DNA of 64,000 nucleotides from Haliotis cracherodii. Its lineage: Eukaryota. The position numbers were made by a program, and so were the translations under genes. Positions 42,046-55,192 of the stretch are shown in pieces. Location: contig NW_027266286.1 in the NCBI RefSeq assembly GCF_022045235.1, forward strand, positions 55,676,001 through 55,740,000. The letters run 5' to 3'. Numbering within the stretch: the first letter of the stretch is position 1; each line of letters starts with the position of its first letter. Under the pieces are notes generated by a model. The model saw only the letters and a list, made by a program, of their open reading frames with translations. It had not been told where the DNA came from and ran no database searches.

Positions 42046-42316
42046 TGGGGTACTGGTGGCCCAGTCGTCTAAGGCGCCGCGATTCGCTGTGCAGAGTTGC
42101 GTCCCTTTGGCACGCCAGAAACCTATGATTGTGGGTTCGAATCCCGGTTCGGCCCGATTAAGTTTCTAGGTTTGTCAGCACCGTGGGTTTTACCGAACTG
42201 GCAAACGTCTGAGACCTGCATGACATCGGGCTTTCCTACCACATTAAGCCGACACGCCGTGATATAACTGTAAAGTTGTTAAATGCGGCGTTAAACCCAA
42301 CTCACTCACTCACTCG
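42046..42316 (+). mobile_element. SINE family 4
   Basis: TSD tgtaggatcatgtt. Confidence 0.85.
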
Positions 42317-43035
42317 CTGTAGGATCATGTTCGTTCACATTCAGAAAAAAAGCTCGCTTGACAGTGACGTACTTGTCATTGAGCAATAATTCTTCGTGGA
42401 TTGTATATGTATTTTGATAATACATCAAACGTTAGAGCACGCATTAACGCTAAAGATAGAATAACAATGTTTGTACCTATCAAAGTTTTGCTGTAAAATA
42501 TTTACATATTTGTATGTGACATACAAAGGGAGCTAATGCTTTCCGTAAATGCGATAAAACAGAAGTCGGTGTCATACGTTAGATCACGACAATGTTCTCA
42601 AATACTGGAATTTGTTGTGTGGACGTGTAAGTATTTAAAGAACAGGGGCGGGATCTGTTCAGGTCATTCCTGTATTTTTGACGACACTCTTCAATCATTT
42701 TAAAATTGAACAAGAGTCATCCGAAGATGACATATCCCTCCGACGTGGCATGTCGGTAAACTGTGTGTACCTTCAAACGTATTTAGATTGGCAAGGAAAT
42801 CTTTTTCCTTGATGCCAAAACCAGGAATATAATGAAGGTTATTAAATATTGGTTCATGTAGCTCACTTTCTGATGATCTCATGAAATTGTAATAACAATA
42901 ACTTCGCAGATTCGCATATGAATAGCTCTGTAGTAGCCTCATGACACAAAGGCATAAAGAGAATGTACTAGATTATGTAGCTCACATCACATATAGTATA
43001 TGATATCGGTAAATAGTACACCTTAGAATTATATG

Positions 43036-43600
43036 TCAGGGGCTACAAATTAAAAAGATTAAAATCTGTAAATAACAAACTGCACTACTAGTGAACATGA
43101 TTGATATGTGCATAAAGTTTGGTGAATCTCTGTCACATGGTTTAGAAGAAATGCTCCAGACGAGGACATTACCCTACTAGTACGTTCATCAATTTTCAAT
43201 TTAAATTGAAAAAAAAAGAAAAAATCTGTTAATAGCAAAGGCACCACTACATAACCTGCTTGATAGGTGTAAAAACTTTTGAGAAGCTAAGTTGTATGGT
43301 TCGGGAGATAAGGTCCGGACAAGAGCACTACCCTCAAATTTCCAAAGTTCATAATATTTCCATGGAAACGACAAAACCATAAAATTCGAAAAATCTCTAA
43401 ATAGCAAAAGGTAATTCTACTGAGCCTGATTGCTAAGTGTACCAAGTTTTGTGAAGCTAGGTTGTACGGTTTAGGAAATATGCTCCGGACAAACAATGAC
43501 TACAGACGGACAGACGGACAGACGGACGGACGGACAGACGGACATACTGATGGCTATATATAACAAATGTAATATTTATTTGCGGCGGTGTAAAAATTAC
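43036..43600 (+). mobile_element. Non-autonomous Helentron/DINE-1-like (HINE) element
   Basis: Internal ~170-bp degenerate repeats (aatagcaaa...tccggacaa), (GACA/GACG)n microsatellite at 43502-43543, then gcggcggtgtaaaaat terminus. Confidence 0.55.
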
Positions 43601-44989
43601 ACGATAAGCCGCTTCAGTATCAGTTTCAGTGAGCGACATCTTCCTGTGATTTACATGTACAGCAACTGTCCAAAGTTAATTCAGTACGTACAAGGAACGA
43701 ATTGATTATTTATGATTTAACAGAAACATTTGATAATTTACATGTATGTTAATAACAACTGTGTGAAACTATAGACCATTTATTCTATTAGTGTGAAATT
43801 GTTACTAATATATGACACAAAATAGAAAAATGGATTCTCTTAATACAAGTACTAATACAGTTTTCAAATCTAAATATTATATTAGGCATAAAAAGGTAAA
43901 AGCAACAATACTATTAATGCAATCATATTATTGGTTTAGAAAATCATTTATAGACCTGGAGAGGATTAGATATAATGGCCTCACTAAATTTATTATTTTT
44001 CTAGTGGAGAAAAAGAAAAGTTCTTTTCTTTCTGGTCATCTCTACACTGACTGTTGAAGGAAAATAATTTGTTGAATGTACCTTAATGTACCTTAATGTG
44101 CCTTAATGTACCTTAATGTGCCTTATCTATAAATGTTAAGTATAAACCTGTATTGACGATCTATATTGTTTCCAAATTGAATGCATATCAAAACCTATGC
44201 ACGTATATTGTGATGTTCTTATTAGCTTTCATTTTACATGTACCTTTTTTTTAATACAGTATGTACTTATATATACACAGCTATCAATTTCAGCAATATG
44301 TAATTATGCATAATAAATGTATTGATTCATATTAAGTCAAACATAATATGCGTACTGCATCAATAATGTAACATTTGTTGCTTGCCTGTACCTGGAGATA
44401 CAGGAAATTAAAAATAAACAAACTTATGAGGGGTAAAATGGTGTTTTACGGGGAAATAAGAATACGACACAAATGCAAAATTATATACAAAGCGTGCCCA
44501 TAAGATTGTTTTAAACGATCGACCTTTTTAGGAGGCGGGAAAGGGCCAATGCACAGGAAAAAAGAAACAGTGAATTATTTATAGATTGATTCGTCAGACC
44601 TATTGTCCATACCTTAACAAAACAAATACAATTAGATTGCTTCTGCTACTGAAAATCGTCTTCCGGAGGCAAGCGTATCCACTAGCCTGTATCAAAGACC
44701 TTGATAAAAACGCTAGTGGACGCTCTTGCCTCGGGGAGATGCTGAAAATACGCACAATGATATTGCATAATCACCATCACCCAAAATAACTCGTTTGATT
44801 ATAGTCTTGTCATTTGTGCAGACAGATATAGAGCTGTATCATGCTATGTTGTTATTGAGGGTCGACATTACGACTACCCGCGTCATGAAGATGAGACTCC
44901 GTTTCCTAATGAGTAACATCTCCACGCTTTGTCACATCTTAGGTTATCTATAGTTAAGTCTCCATGATCGCCCTGTCATCCCCGCTATC

Positions 44990-45348
44990 AGGGTCGTGAC
45001 GTCATGACAACACGGGAGATAACTCTTGTTGTTATTGTCCTGTACTGTAAAGATCAAACCTGACACCGAAATAAATAGGTCACAGGAAGTTATACGTGAA
45101 CTAGAAGGGAAGCCCGCTCCACCTGAGCGGATGCTTCCAATTGTCCTCCCAAATGACACGACCCTCCTACGACGAGCAAAGAGCAAAGAGGCTGTGTCAT
45201 GAATGGCACCACCTACTGAATCACCCACGGAAACAATGTTGCAGAATGACAAGGTTTCCAGCTTCCCTATATAATGGTACAGACTCAGTGTTCAACATAG
45301 AAGCTGAACCGAAGCTGACCTACCTACAGTTCTATATCTCAGAGAAAG
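44990..45348 (+). promoter_or_regulatory. Promoter and non-coding exon 1 of gene D
   Basis: CRE at 44997, TATATAA at 45268, donor AAAG|gtaagc at 45348/45349. The TATA-to-donor segment is near-identical to that of gene C. Confidence 0.7.
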
Positions 45349-45767
45349 GTAAGCCTTTCTGTCATTAATATTATGACATTTTATTCATTTGCATTTCTTG
45401 TATGGATAAGATATTCAGATGCAGATTTTTGCCTAAAGTACAAATAATATTTTTATCGTTGAAACAGGCTATCAGTGCTTCAGTACTTTTATTATATAAT
45501 TATTATTATAAATATTGATTTTGCTTTCAATGTGTTTTCGCGAACACCTGGTATTATTACTGATTTTCAGTGATTCATGCGTAAAGCTTTCACCTTGGCT
45601 TTGCTTTTATGCCCTTAGGAATCAAATAATGTTTGATATATTACTATTGTTGTCACTTAAAATCAACCTTACACATCCAGAATATATTTTAATTATAAAT
45701 ATTGCGGATTTATATGTTGGGAAAATAAAAACCCATAAAACTTAAGTCTTATCTCTAATTCAGAAAC

Positions 45768-47133
45768 ATGCAGTCCTCCATCGCCCTCCTGTGCCTCGTT
45801 GTCCTGGTGTGCGTGCACTCCACCGTGACCGACACCCTGGACACTCAGGACACCCACCTGTCACGTCATAGAGGGGTGAGATCTGTGGGGGACATCGTAG
45901 ACGGACTGACCACCAAGTTCAATAAATATCTGTCATCTGTTTTCGACGTGGACGAGGACGACTTCAAGGACATCCTGAAGGCGCTGGGGAAACTGAAGTT
46001 GGCGGTACTGAAGGCACTCCTGAATAAATTCTTTGACTTGAAGGACAAGCACCACGATTTTGGAAGCGCAGACAATTTCCAGAGAGTTTCCCAGATGATG
46101 GAATCCTTGGAGGCAGACATTCAACAGCAGGAAGTAACCAGCGGTGTCACTCAGGCCACCAAACTGTCACGCCCTGTGGATGGCATCGTGGACGGACTGA
46201 CCACCAAGTTCAGTAAATATCTGTCATCTGTTTTCGACGTGGACGAGGACGACTTCAAGGACATCCTGAAGGCGCTGGGGAAACTGAAGTTGGCGGTACT
46301 GAAGGCACTCCTGAATAAATTCTTTGACTTGAAGGACAAACACCACGATTTTGGAAGTGCAGAAAATTTCCAGCGAGTGTCCCAGATGATGGAAAAGTTG
46401 GAGGCAGATATTCAACAGCAGGAGTCATCCAGCGGTGAGTATTTTGTAGTTCAGTCTAGAAGTATTACCGCTATTAATCGATTCCAAAAAATAGCGATTG
46501 GATAATACAGATACAAACATATTACGAAACCATTTCTATAATTGTTTGCATGTCAAAGTTGTTTGAGACAGCCTATTTCTATACCAGATGACATTAACGG
46601 ATGTTTGTAAGCAAATATGCATCAATATATCAAATTAATAAATAATCGTAGCAAGTAACCACTTATATTAGAAGCCTATAAGATTAACATGAGGTGTTTT
46701 ATGACATGAGTGAGTGAGTGAGTTAATGCTTTACGTCATCACATCGGCAATATTTCAGCCATATCGTGACGAGTTATGACATGAAGATGCATGGTAGAAA
46801 ATAAGCTTTAACTATGCATATTGGTAACAGTATTAACTTGTTCTTTTGTTTGGTTGTTGTGTTTCTTGGTTTGTTGTTGAACGCCGCAATATTCCAGCTG
46901 TATGACGGCGTCTGTAAATAATCGCGCCTGAACCAGACAATCCAGTGATTGACAAGATGAGCATCGATCCACGTCAATCATGGGTTGCTGTTGACCTGAT
47001 TCTTCAAGAGTACACTAATTTGGAATGATATGTGATGTGTTTTTGTCTTATTTCAGGGGCGCCTACACCTTACGTTACCATGACGTCATTGACAATTCCA
47101 CTGCTGCCAGTGATAGCTAAAGTTTTAAACTGA
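45768..47133 (+). CDS. Gene D: close duplicate of gene C (247 aa)
   Basis: Exons 45768-46434 (G|gtgagt) and 47057-47133. About 10 aa differences from C; last coding exon identical to C. AATAAA at 47174. Confidence 0.87.
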
Positions 47134-48199
47134 TCTGTGAGGAATGTGTTATATTGTGTGTTGATGTCAGGGAAATAAAAATTCTTTTTTTTTAAACATG
47201 TCTATGTGTTTTTCTTCTGGTGCCAGAGAAATACAAATTTCTGTATTTAATGTACCACGTGAATGAGTTCAGTTTAGCTTAAGACCAATTTGAACAGTTG
47301 TTCAGTTATATCACAGCATATCAACTTGATTTGGGAGGAAATAGAACGATCACATGTATGGTGCTGACAAACCTGGAAACGTTTTTAGGTTGCATCAGGG
47401 TTCCGAACCCACGACTATAGTATTCTAGCCCGCCTAGGGGATGCAGTTCTGCACAGTGCATTTCGGCGTTTCAGACGACGGGTCCACCCTGCATGTACAC
47501 ATGATGTTGAAGGCGTTGTCCGCAATGAGACTAATAACATAGAGGAGTATATCACAGCACATCAAACGCTCAACTCAAACATCGTGACACTGTAATTTGA
47601 CAATAACTGGATATCCCATGTTATATATCGACAATATTTCACACAATGTATATTTATACACATACTGTGAATAATCGAGGTTGGGATAGATAACCTAGTG
47701 ATTGATATAGTGAGCATCGTCGTCGGTGTACGATGACACACAATCAACCAGGACACCGAGCCTGACCTTCCGAAACATCTGGTTGCCAATAACGACCATC
47801 CTAAGTGGGATAGATAACCTTGTGATTGATATAGTGAGCATCGTCGTCGGTATACGATGACAACCAACCAACCAGGACACCCAGTCTGACATTCCGAAAC
47901 ATTCGGACCAATTTCGACCATCATAGGTTACTGGGGACCAGTTCTATCACAGAACCCCCCGATCTATAAGAAAGTCGTAGATATACGACCCTTGATATGA
48001 GTATGTGTTCGGTAAATCGAATATTCGATAACACGGACGTTCTGTACTTAAATACACGCACTGACATCACTGACCTGGCTATATAAACAGTAGGCATCAC
48101 ACTATACACACAGTGGCAGTGGCAGTGAACAACCTAGCGCAAAAGAAGTAATCATCAAGTGTCTCAAGTGCATATTTAACCTGTGGTTCTGGTGATGGC

Positions 48200-48368
48200 G
48201 GGGCGGTCGGGTAGCCTAGTGGTTAAATCGTTCGCTCATCACGACGAACACCCGGGGTCGATTCCAAATCTGGGTACAATATGTGAAGCCCATTTCTGGT
48301 ATTCCCTGCCATGGTATTGCTTGAATATTGTTAAATAAAAGCGGCGTAAAACCATGTTCACTCACTCA
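48200..48368 (+). mobile_element. SINE family 1
   Basis: Diverged full-length copy. Confidence 0.8.
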
Positions 48369-49289
48369 CCCCTCCAAACAAGGGTAGACAGAATGTCGAA
48401 GGGAGCATATCGTCAATGCGATATATTTGCCTCACCAAAATAAGAACTAAATCTTTATAATGCTTTAACAGAAATATTCAGTTTCCGACATAGAATTATA
48501 AACGTTCTTTGGTTATAATACGATACAGGTGCCATACATATAGGTGTTATGAATTTAGAACACGGTTATTGTGTGAGACACGAAATGGCAGACATCAGCC
48601 CCATTGTTGAGTAACAGAGCTACAAAGTTCATATACTGACAGGAAATCTAAAATATCCGTGTGCGACAAACCGTTTTGGTTATATAATTTCCTTATCTAT
48701 CAGGTGCAGGTATGTAATTAAATTGTCGAACTGACCTTTGTCATGTCGGTTTGACCATGTGCGTGGCCGCGTGACGTGACGTACCTTTTGACACACACTG
48801 ACCTGTGGAGATGAAGGTCAATCACTGTATTTCCTTTACTGCATTTACTGCCTCACTAACTCAAGGTTTGACTCTAATAAACATCAGTAGTATCAGGAAT
48901 ATAAAAATGCAATGTTCACAAACACAGCGTTCATATTCATTTCCCAAAACGCACCTCTGTGCTGCATTGAAAGGGTCCTGATAAAAAGCTCGATTTGTCC
49001 TAAACATCAATGCCAATCACAGCAACAGAAGAATATATATTACGTGAACTACAGATTATAACTGTTTAAAAGTATTACTGTTAAAAAGTATTTAAAGAAT
49101 AAAATAATGGAAACAATGAATATGCAATTTAAACTGCCGGGCAAACGAAGTATAGACGTTTAACGTGGATTTGACCAAAAAAAACTTACAAACGTTATCA
49201 AAACGTTCCTAGACTGAAAACAGTCTTCGAAACACTGCAAGTGGAAACGAGTAATGTTTCCTGGCAGTTTATATTGTTTAACATAGTTC

Positions 49290-51845
49290 CTCACACACAC
49301 GCATGCACAATTACTGTGTCATGTACACCTCCTTACACACGCGCATGCACAATTACTGTGACATGTACACCTTCTCACACACGCGCATGCACAATTACTG
49401 TGACATGTACACCTTCTCACACAAACGCATTCACAATTACTGTGACATGTACACCTCCTTACACACGCGCATGCACAATTACTGTGACATGTACACCTCC
49501 TTACACACGCGCATGCACAATTACTGTGTCATGTACACCTTCCTACATACACGCATGCACAATTACAGTGACATGTACACCTCCTAACATACACGCATGC
49601 ACAATTACTGTGACATGTACACCTCCTTACACACGCGCATGCACAATTACTGTGTCATGTACACCTTCCTAAATACACGCATGCACAATTACTGTGTCAT
49701 GTACACCTTCTCACACACACGCATGCACAATTACTGTGACACGTACACCTCCTTACACACGCGCATGCACAATTACTGTGACATGTACACCTCCTTACAC
49801 ACGCGCATGCACAATTACTGTGACATGTACACCTCCTTACACACACGCATGCACAATTACTGTGTCATGTACACCTTCCTACATACACGCATGCACAATT
49901 ACTGTGACATGTACACCTCCTTACATGCACGCATGCACAACTACTGTGACACGTACACCTCCTTACACACGCACATGCACAATTACTGTGACATGTACAC
50001 CTCCTTACACACGCGCATGCACAATTACTGTGACATGTACACCTCCTTACACACGCGCATGCACAATTACTGTGATATGTACACCTTCCTACATACCTGC
50101 ATGCACAATTACTGTGTCATGTACACCTTCCTACATACACGCATGCACAATTACTGTGTCATGTACACCTTCCTACATACACACATGCACAATTACTGTG
50201 ATATGTACACCTTCCTACATACCTGCATGCACAATTACTGTGTCATGTACACCTTCCTACATACACACATGCACAATTACTGTGTCATGTACACCTCCTT
50301 ACATACACACATGCACAATTACTGTGATATGTACACCTTCCTACATACACGCATGCACAATTACTGTGTCATGTACACCTTCCTACATACACACATGCAC
50401 AATTACTGTGATATGTACACCTTCCTACATACACGCATGCACAATAACTGTGTCATGTACACCTCCTTACATACCTGCATGCACAATTACTGTGTCATGT
50501 ACACCTTCTCACATACACGCATGCACAATTACTGTGACACGTACACCTCCTTACACACGCGCATGCACAATTACTGTGTCATGTACACCTTCCTACATAC
50601 ACGCATTCACAGTTACTGTGACATGTTCACCTCCTTACACACGCGCATGCACAATTACTGTGACATGTACACCTTCCTACATACACGCATTCACAGATCC
50701 TGTGACATGTACACCTCCTTACACACGCGCATGCACAATTACTGTGTCATGTACACCTTCCTACATACACGCATGCACAATTACTGTGACACGTACACCT
50801 CCTTACACACGCGCATGCACACTTACTGTGTCCTGTACACCTTCCTTCATACACGCATGCACAATTACTGTGACACGTACACCTCCTTACACACGCGCAT
50901 GCACAATTACTGTGTCATGTACACCTTCCTACATACACGCATTCACAGTTACTGTGACATGTACACCTCCTTACACACGCGCATGCACAATTACTGTGAC
51001 ATGTACACCTTCTTACATACACGCATTCACAGTTACTGTGACATGTACACCTCCTTACACACGCACATGCACACTTGCTGTGACATGTACACCTTCCTAG
51101 ACACGCGCATGCACAATTACTGTGACATGTACACCTCCTTACACACGCGCATGCACAATTACTGTGATATGTAAACCTCCTTACACACGCGCATGCACAC
51201 TTGCTGTGACATGTACACCTCCTTACACACGCACATGCACAATTACTGTGACATGTACACCTTCTCACACACACGCATGCACAATTACTGTGTCATGTAC
51301 ACCTTCTCACACACACGCATGCACAATTACTGTGACATTTACACCTCCTTACACACGCACATGCACAATTACTGTGACATGTACACCTCCTTACACACGC
51401 ACATGCACAATTACTGTGATATGTACACCTCCTTACACACGCGCATGCACAATAACTGTGACATGTACACCTCCTTACACACGCACATGCACAATTACTG
51501 TGACATGTACACCTCCTTACACACGCACATGCACAATTACTGTGACATGAACACCTCCTTACACACGCACATGCACAATTACTGTGACATGTACACCTTC
51601 CTACATACACACATACACAATAACTGTGATATGTACACCTCCTTAAATACACGCATTCACAATAACTGTGTCATGTACACCTTCCTACATACACGCATGC
51701 ACAATTACTGTGTCATGTACACCTTCCTACATACACGCATGCACAATTACTGTGTCAGGTACACCTTCCTACATACACGCATGCACAATTACTGTGTCAG
51801 GTACACCTTCCTACATACACGCATGCACACTTGCTGTGACATGTA
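49290..51845. repeat. 42-bp minisatellite (~60 units)
   Basis: Unit CACACGCGCATGCACAATTACTGTGACATGTACACCTCCTTA and variants. Confidence 0.95.
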
Positions 51846-52851
51846 CTATCATCACTACCTGTTGGTGATGACATTGTGATTAAATGTTGCGTTAAAATGC
51901 AACACCACAGTATTGTAGATATACACCTCAACGGCAATTACATCCAAACCATTAGTTGCCTGGTGAAGTATATATTCAAGAAATAAATGACGAGTGGTTC
52001 CTTCTCCAGGCAGTGTTTTGTTGAACGATAAACAACAGTCGTTTATTTTTTATAAGAAATAATGAGGGGGCGAAGCCTGTATGGTGATCAAATGTACAAA
52101 CTATATATTCAATTATTTACCCTAATTTTAATAATGATATCTCCCTGAATAGAATCCGACCTCTGAAATTCGGACAAGTTTATTTTACGAACAGGTGGGT
52201 TAAATTTGGTATTTCCTTATCATTCTCACAATCCTCACGTCGACTATCTGAATCTTTTCTTTAAAAAAACGATTGTCGGCCACTGCGTTTATTCAAATCT
52301 CCAGAGATGACGTCATGAAAGAATAATGTTTTATCTTGAAATAAACCACTTATATATGAACATAGCTATTACTAAACAATCACACTGTGTATAAGATCCA
52401 GCTGATATTGGCCGATTGCGGTCATTACCCTTGAACCATCTCATGACATCCTGTCCCCATTCTGGTCCTCCCACTATAGCCAGTTCACAAGTAGACTACC
52501 ACCAGCCACTTAGCGTTACAGATACTGAAGATATATTAAGGCAGTCCAGCATTCTATATGTAGCAATAACGCAGATAAAACGTATGAATATTTCGTATGT
52601 TGCGAAGTAGTTACATTAAACACATAATTAATAGTTACAATATGTAGTCATCGATAACAGTAGAGTTACTCGTTTCTGGATGTTAAGTTGGTGTAAAAAG
52701 TACTGCTAACAGTTTCAGTAGCAGAACCATTAGTGATTCTGGCGTCATGTGATTCTGACGTCATGTGATTCTGACGTCATGGTAAGCAATGACGTCTGCA
52801 ATGCATTGTGATGCAATTTCATTGCAGCGATATCTGCAATGTAGATATCGC

Positions 52852-52916
52852 TAAGCTGGTTCCCGGCTCCCTATGGGCGTCGTCAATTTGTGATATTAGA
52901 GACGGGGCCCAGCTTA
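52852..52916. mobile_element. 65-bp mini DNA transposon, copy 1
   Basis: Ends TAAGCTGG...CCAGCTTA; 9-bp TSD AGATATCGC at 52843 and 52917. Confidence 0.75.
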
Positions 52917-52968
52917 AGATATCGCTTGCTCTCACGCAATCGATATCTCCCGTGGGACCCAGTTTTGG

Positions 52969-53033
52969 TAAGCTGGGCCCCGCCTCTAATATCACAAGTT
53001 GACGTCGCGCATAGGGAGCCGGGAACCAGCTTA
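52969..53033. mobile_element. 65-bp mini DNA transposon, copy 2 (inverted relative to copy 1)
   Basis: Reverse complement of copy 1 with ~4 mismatches; 10-bp TSD CCAGTTTTGG at 52959 and 53034. Confidence 0.75.
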
Positions 53034-53380
53034 CCAGTTTTGGATGATAAATCCAGGCTCTTGACGTTATGGCGCTATGAGAGATATGATTTCATGCTTG
53101 TTGTGAGTAGTTCGTCAATGTAAGTCACAGTCATCACTGTTTCAGCCAGATCACGGTTAAAGAGTGGATGGTCATAGTCAATTCAGAGGAAGCCATGGAA
53201 GGAAGGCTCTCATCTCAGAGGCATATAGGAAATATCCAATTGTGGCCCATAACCTCAACGCCCTCCTCCGTTGAGAAAAGGGGCTGAGTAATCACAACTT
53301 GGCACCCTCCCCGACACAGCTGAGGAAGCAAGGGTGTCGCATCATCTCCCGACGGCAGGATGAAAGGTCACAGCTGACCA

Positions 53381-53473
53381 TATATAACGGATGTGGCGCT
53401 AGCGTCCCACAGCAGAAGCTCTACAGAAGCTGCACCGATCTAATCCATCCACAGCCATACACCACAGGGAAAG
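53381..53473 (+). promoter_or_regulatory. TATA box and non-coding exon 1 of gene E
   Basis: TATATAA at 53381, then agaagct motifs as in the C/D exon 1, donor GAAAG|gtatgt at 53473/53474. Confidence 0.65.
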
Positions 53474-54129
53474 GTATGTGACTTATATATAATAACTGTG
53501 AAGCATCGAAGAATGTTATAAATACAAAATGTAGGTGTCCGAAAATTGCACTAATCCAAGATGGCGACGGGCGCATGTAAGACCTTTTTTACACTTTTCT
53601 CCTGTTTGAAACTTTTAACAAGATGTTAAGACATTTTTTTTGTAATGTTTCATTTTAAAAAAAATAAAATATTGATATAAAATATTTACGCGCCACCCTC
53701 AGTTTAGCCAGCTAGGTTCACACAGTATGTTCACGCTTGCCAAGCTAATTAACTTTAAATATTCATTATGAAATATTGCCACTGACGGAATGTTACATTT
53801 ATATTTATTGTGTAAAACGTTAACGTCAGAGAACAGTGAGATTCGATTTTATCTGCCGAAACGGACGCCATTAGCCGTAAAAGGCAAATAGTTATGAAAA
53901 TTTTATGAACTTATCACTGAAAATTAGTGATGTCACTAGGTTTTCGCGAAAGGAAGCATGACAGAAAGCACAGCTACTCAAACAATTTACATAAGAATAA
54001 GAGACGTACTAATGAAAAAAATCACATTCAGTTTCTCTTTGAAATACTGAAAACACATTAATGTATATTCATGACATCCGTGATGAGGACAGATTGCCTC
54101 AAAATTATCTACAGTTAGGGTAAGTCTCT

Positions 54130-54309
54130 GAGTGAGTGAGTGAGTGAGTGAGTAAGTATGGTTTTACGCCGCTTTTAGCAATATTCCAGCAATATCACGG
54201 CGGGGGACACCAGAAATGGGCTTCACACATTGTACCCATTTCGGGAATCGAACCCGGGTCTTCGGCGTGACGAGCAAACGCTTTAACCACTAGACTACCC
54301 GACCGCCCC
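54130..54309 (-). mobile_element. SINE family 1, in gene E intron 1
   Basis: Intact copy; TSD ggtaagtctctga. Confidence 0.9.
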
Positions 54310-54646
54310 GGTAAGTCTCTGAAACATCACTAAGGTTATATGTTTGTTACGAATAAGAGAATATATTCTAATTTCAATTTAACTGTATTATTAATTGGGT
54401 TTTCTTTAGATTAGGTTATCAAGACATATGTAGTCTGTGTCTTGCAACTACTGTTTATTGGGGGCACGGGTGGCCCAGTCGTCAGAGGCCCCTTGTATCC
54501 TTTAGTCTTTCCATGGGGTCGAATCCCAGATTTGCTATGAGTATGGTCATTGGTTTGTCGGCACCATACTCGTACTCATCGGTTTCTCCAAAGTGTAAGA
54601 TGTCTGAGACCTGCATCACTCAGGGTTTCCTTTCACCCTAAAATGC

Positions 54647-54861
54647 ACCCATGAAGATCCATGCTTGCCATAAAAGGCGCCTATTCTTTTCGTAAAATGC
54701 GACTAACGGGATCGGGTGGTCAGGCTCGCCGACTTGGTTGATGCATGTCATCGTATCCGAATTGCGTAGATCGATGCTCATGATGTCAATCACTGGATTT
54801 TGTGGTCCAGGCTCGATTATTTACAGACCGCCGTCATATAGCTGGAATATTGCTGAGTGCA
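54647..54861 (+). mobile_element. SINE-like family 2, nested in a family-4 SINE (54460-54890)
   Basis: Family-4 head at 54460-54640; family-4 tail resumes near 54862. Confidence 0.75.
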
Positions 54862-55192
54862 CTTAAGATGACACGCCTTGATATAACTGAAGTCTGGTGA
54901 CTTGGTTAATTTGCGTGTCATCGTACCCAGGCGGCGTCTAACATTGCTCATAGTGTCAGCCACTGGTTTGTGCGGTCCAAACTTGCAAATCTACAGACCT
55001 AAAGATGCAGTTGGCATATTAATGATTGCGGGGTTAAACAACATTCACTCGGTCAGCGTACATATTCCGAAGGTGTACAGAAGCTCCAAGCACTAATAGT
55101 CTTGATGACAGATTTTGTTCGAAGTAACGGGGTCCAGATTACCGAGGTTACATGGGACAGATAAAAAAATCGAATCCTTCTTCTTCAGAAAC

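Noticed and set aside
49241-51879. His/Cys/Met-rich ORFs of 468-525 aa resembling metal-binding proteins
   Set aside because: They come from a 42-bp minisatellite that is open in several frames at once, with scattered stops and no gene context.
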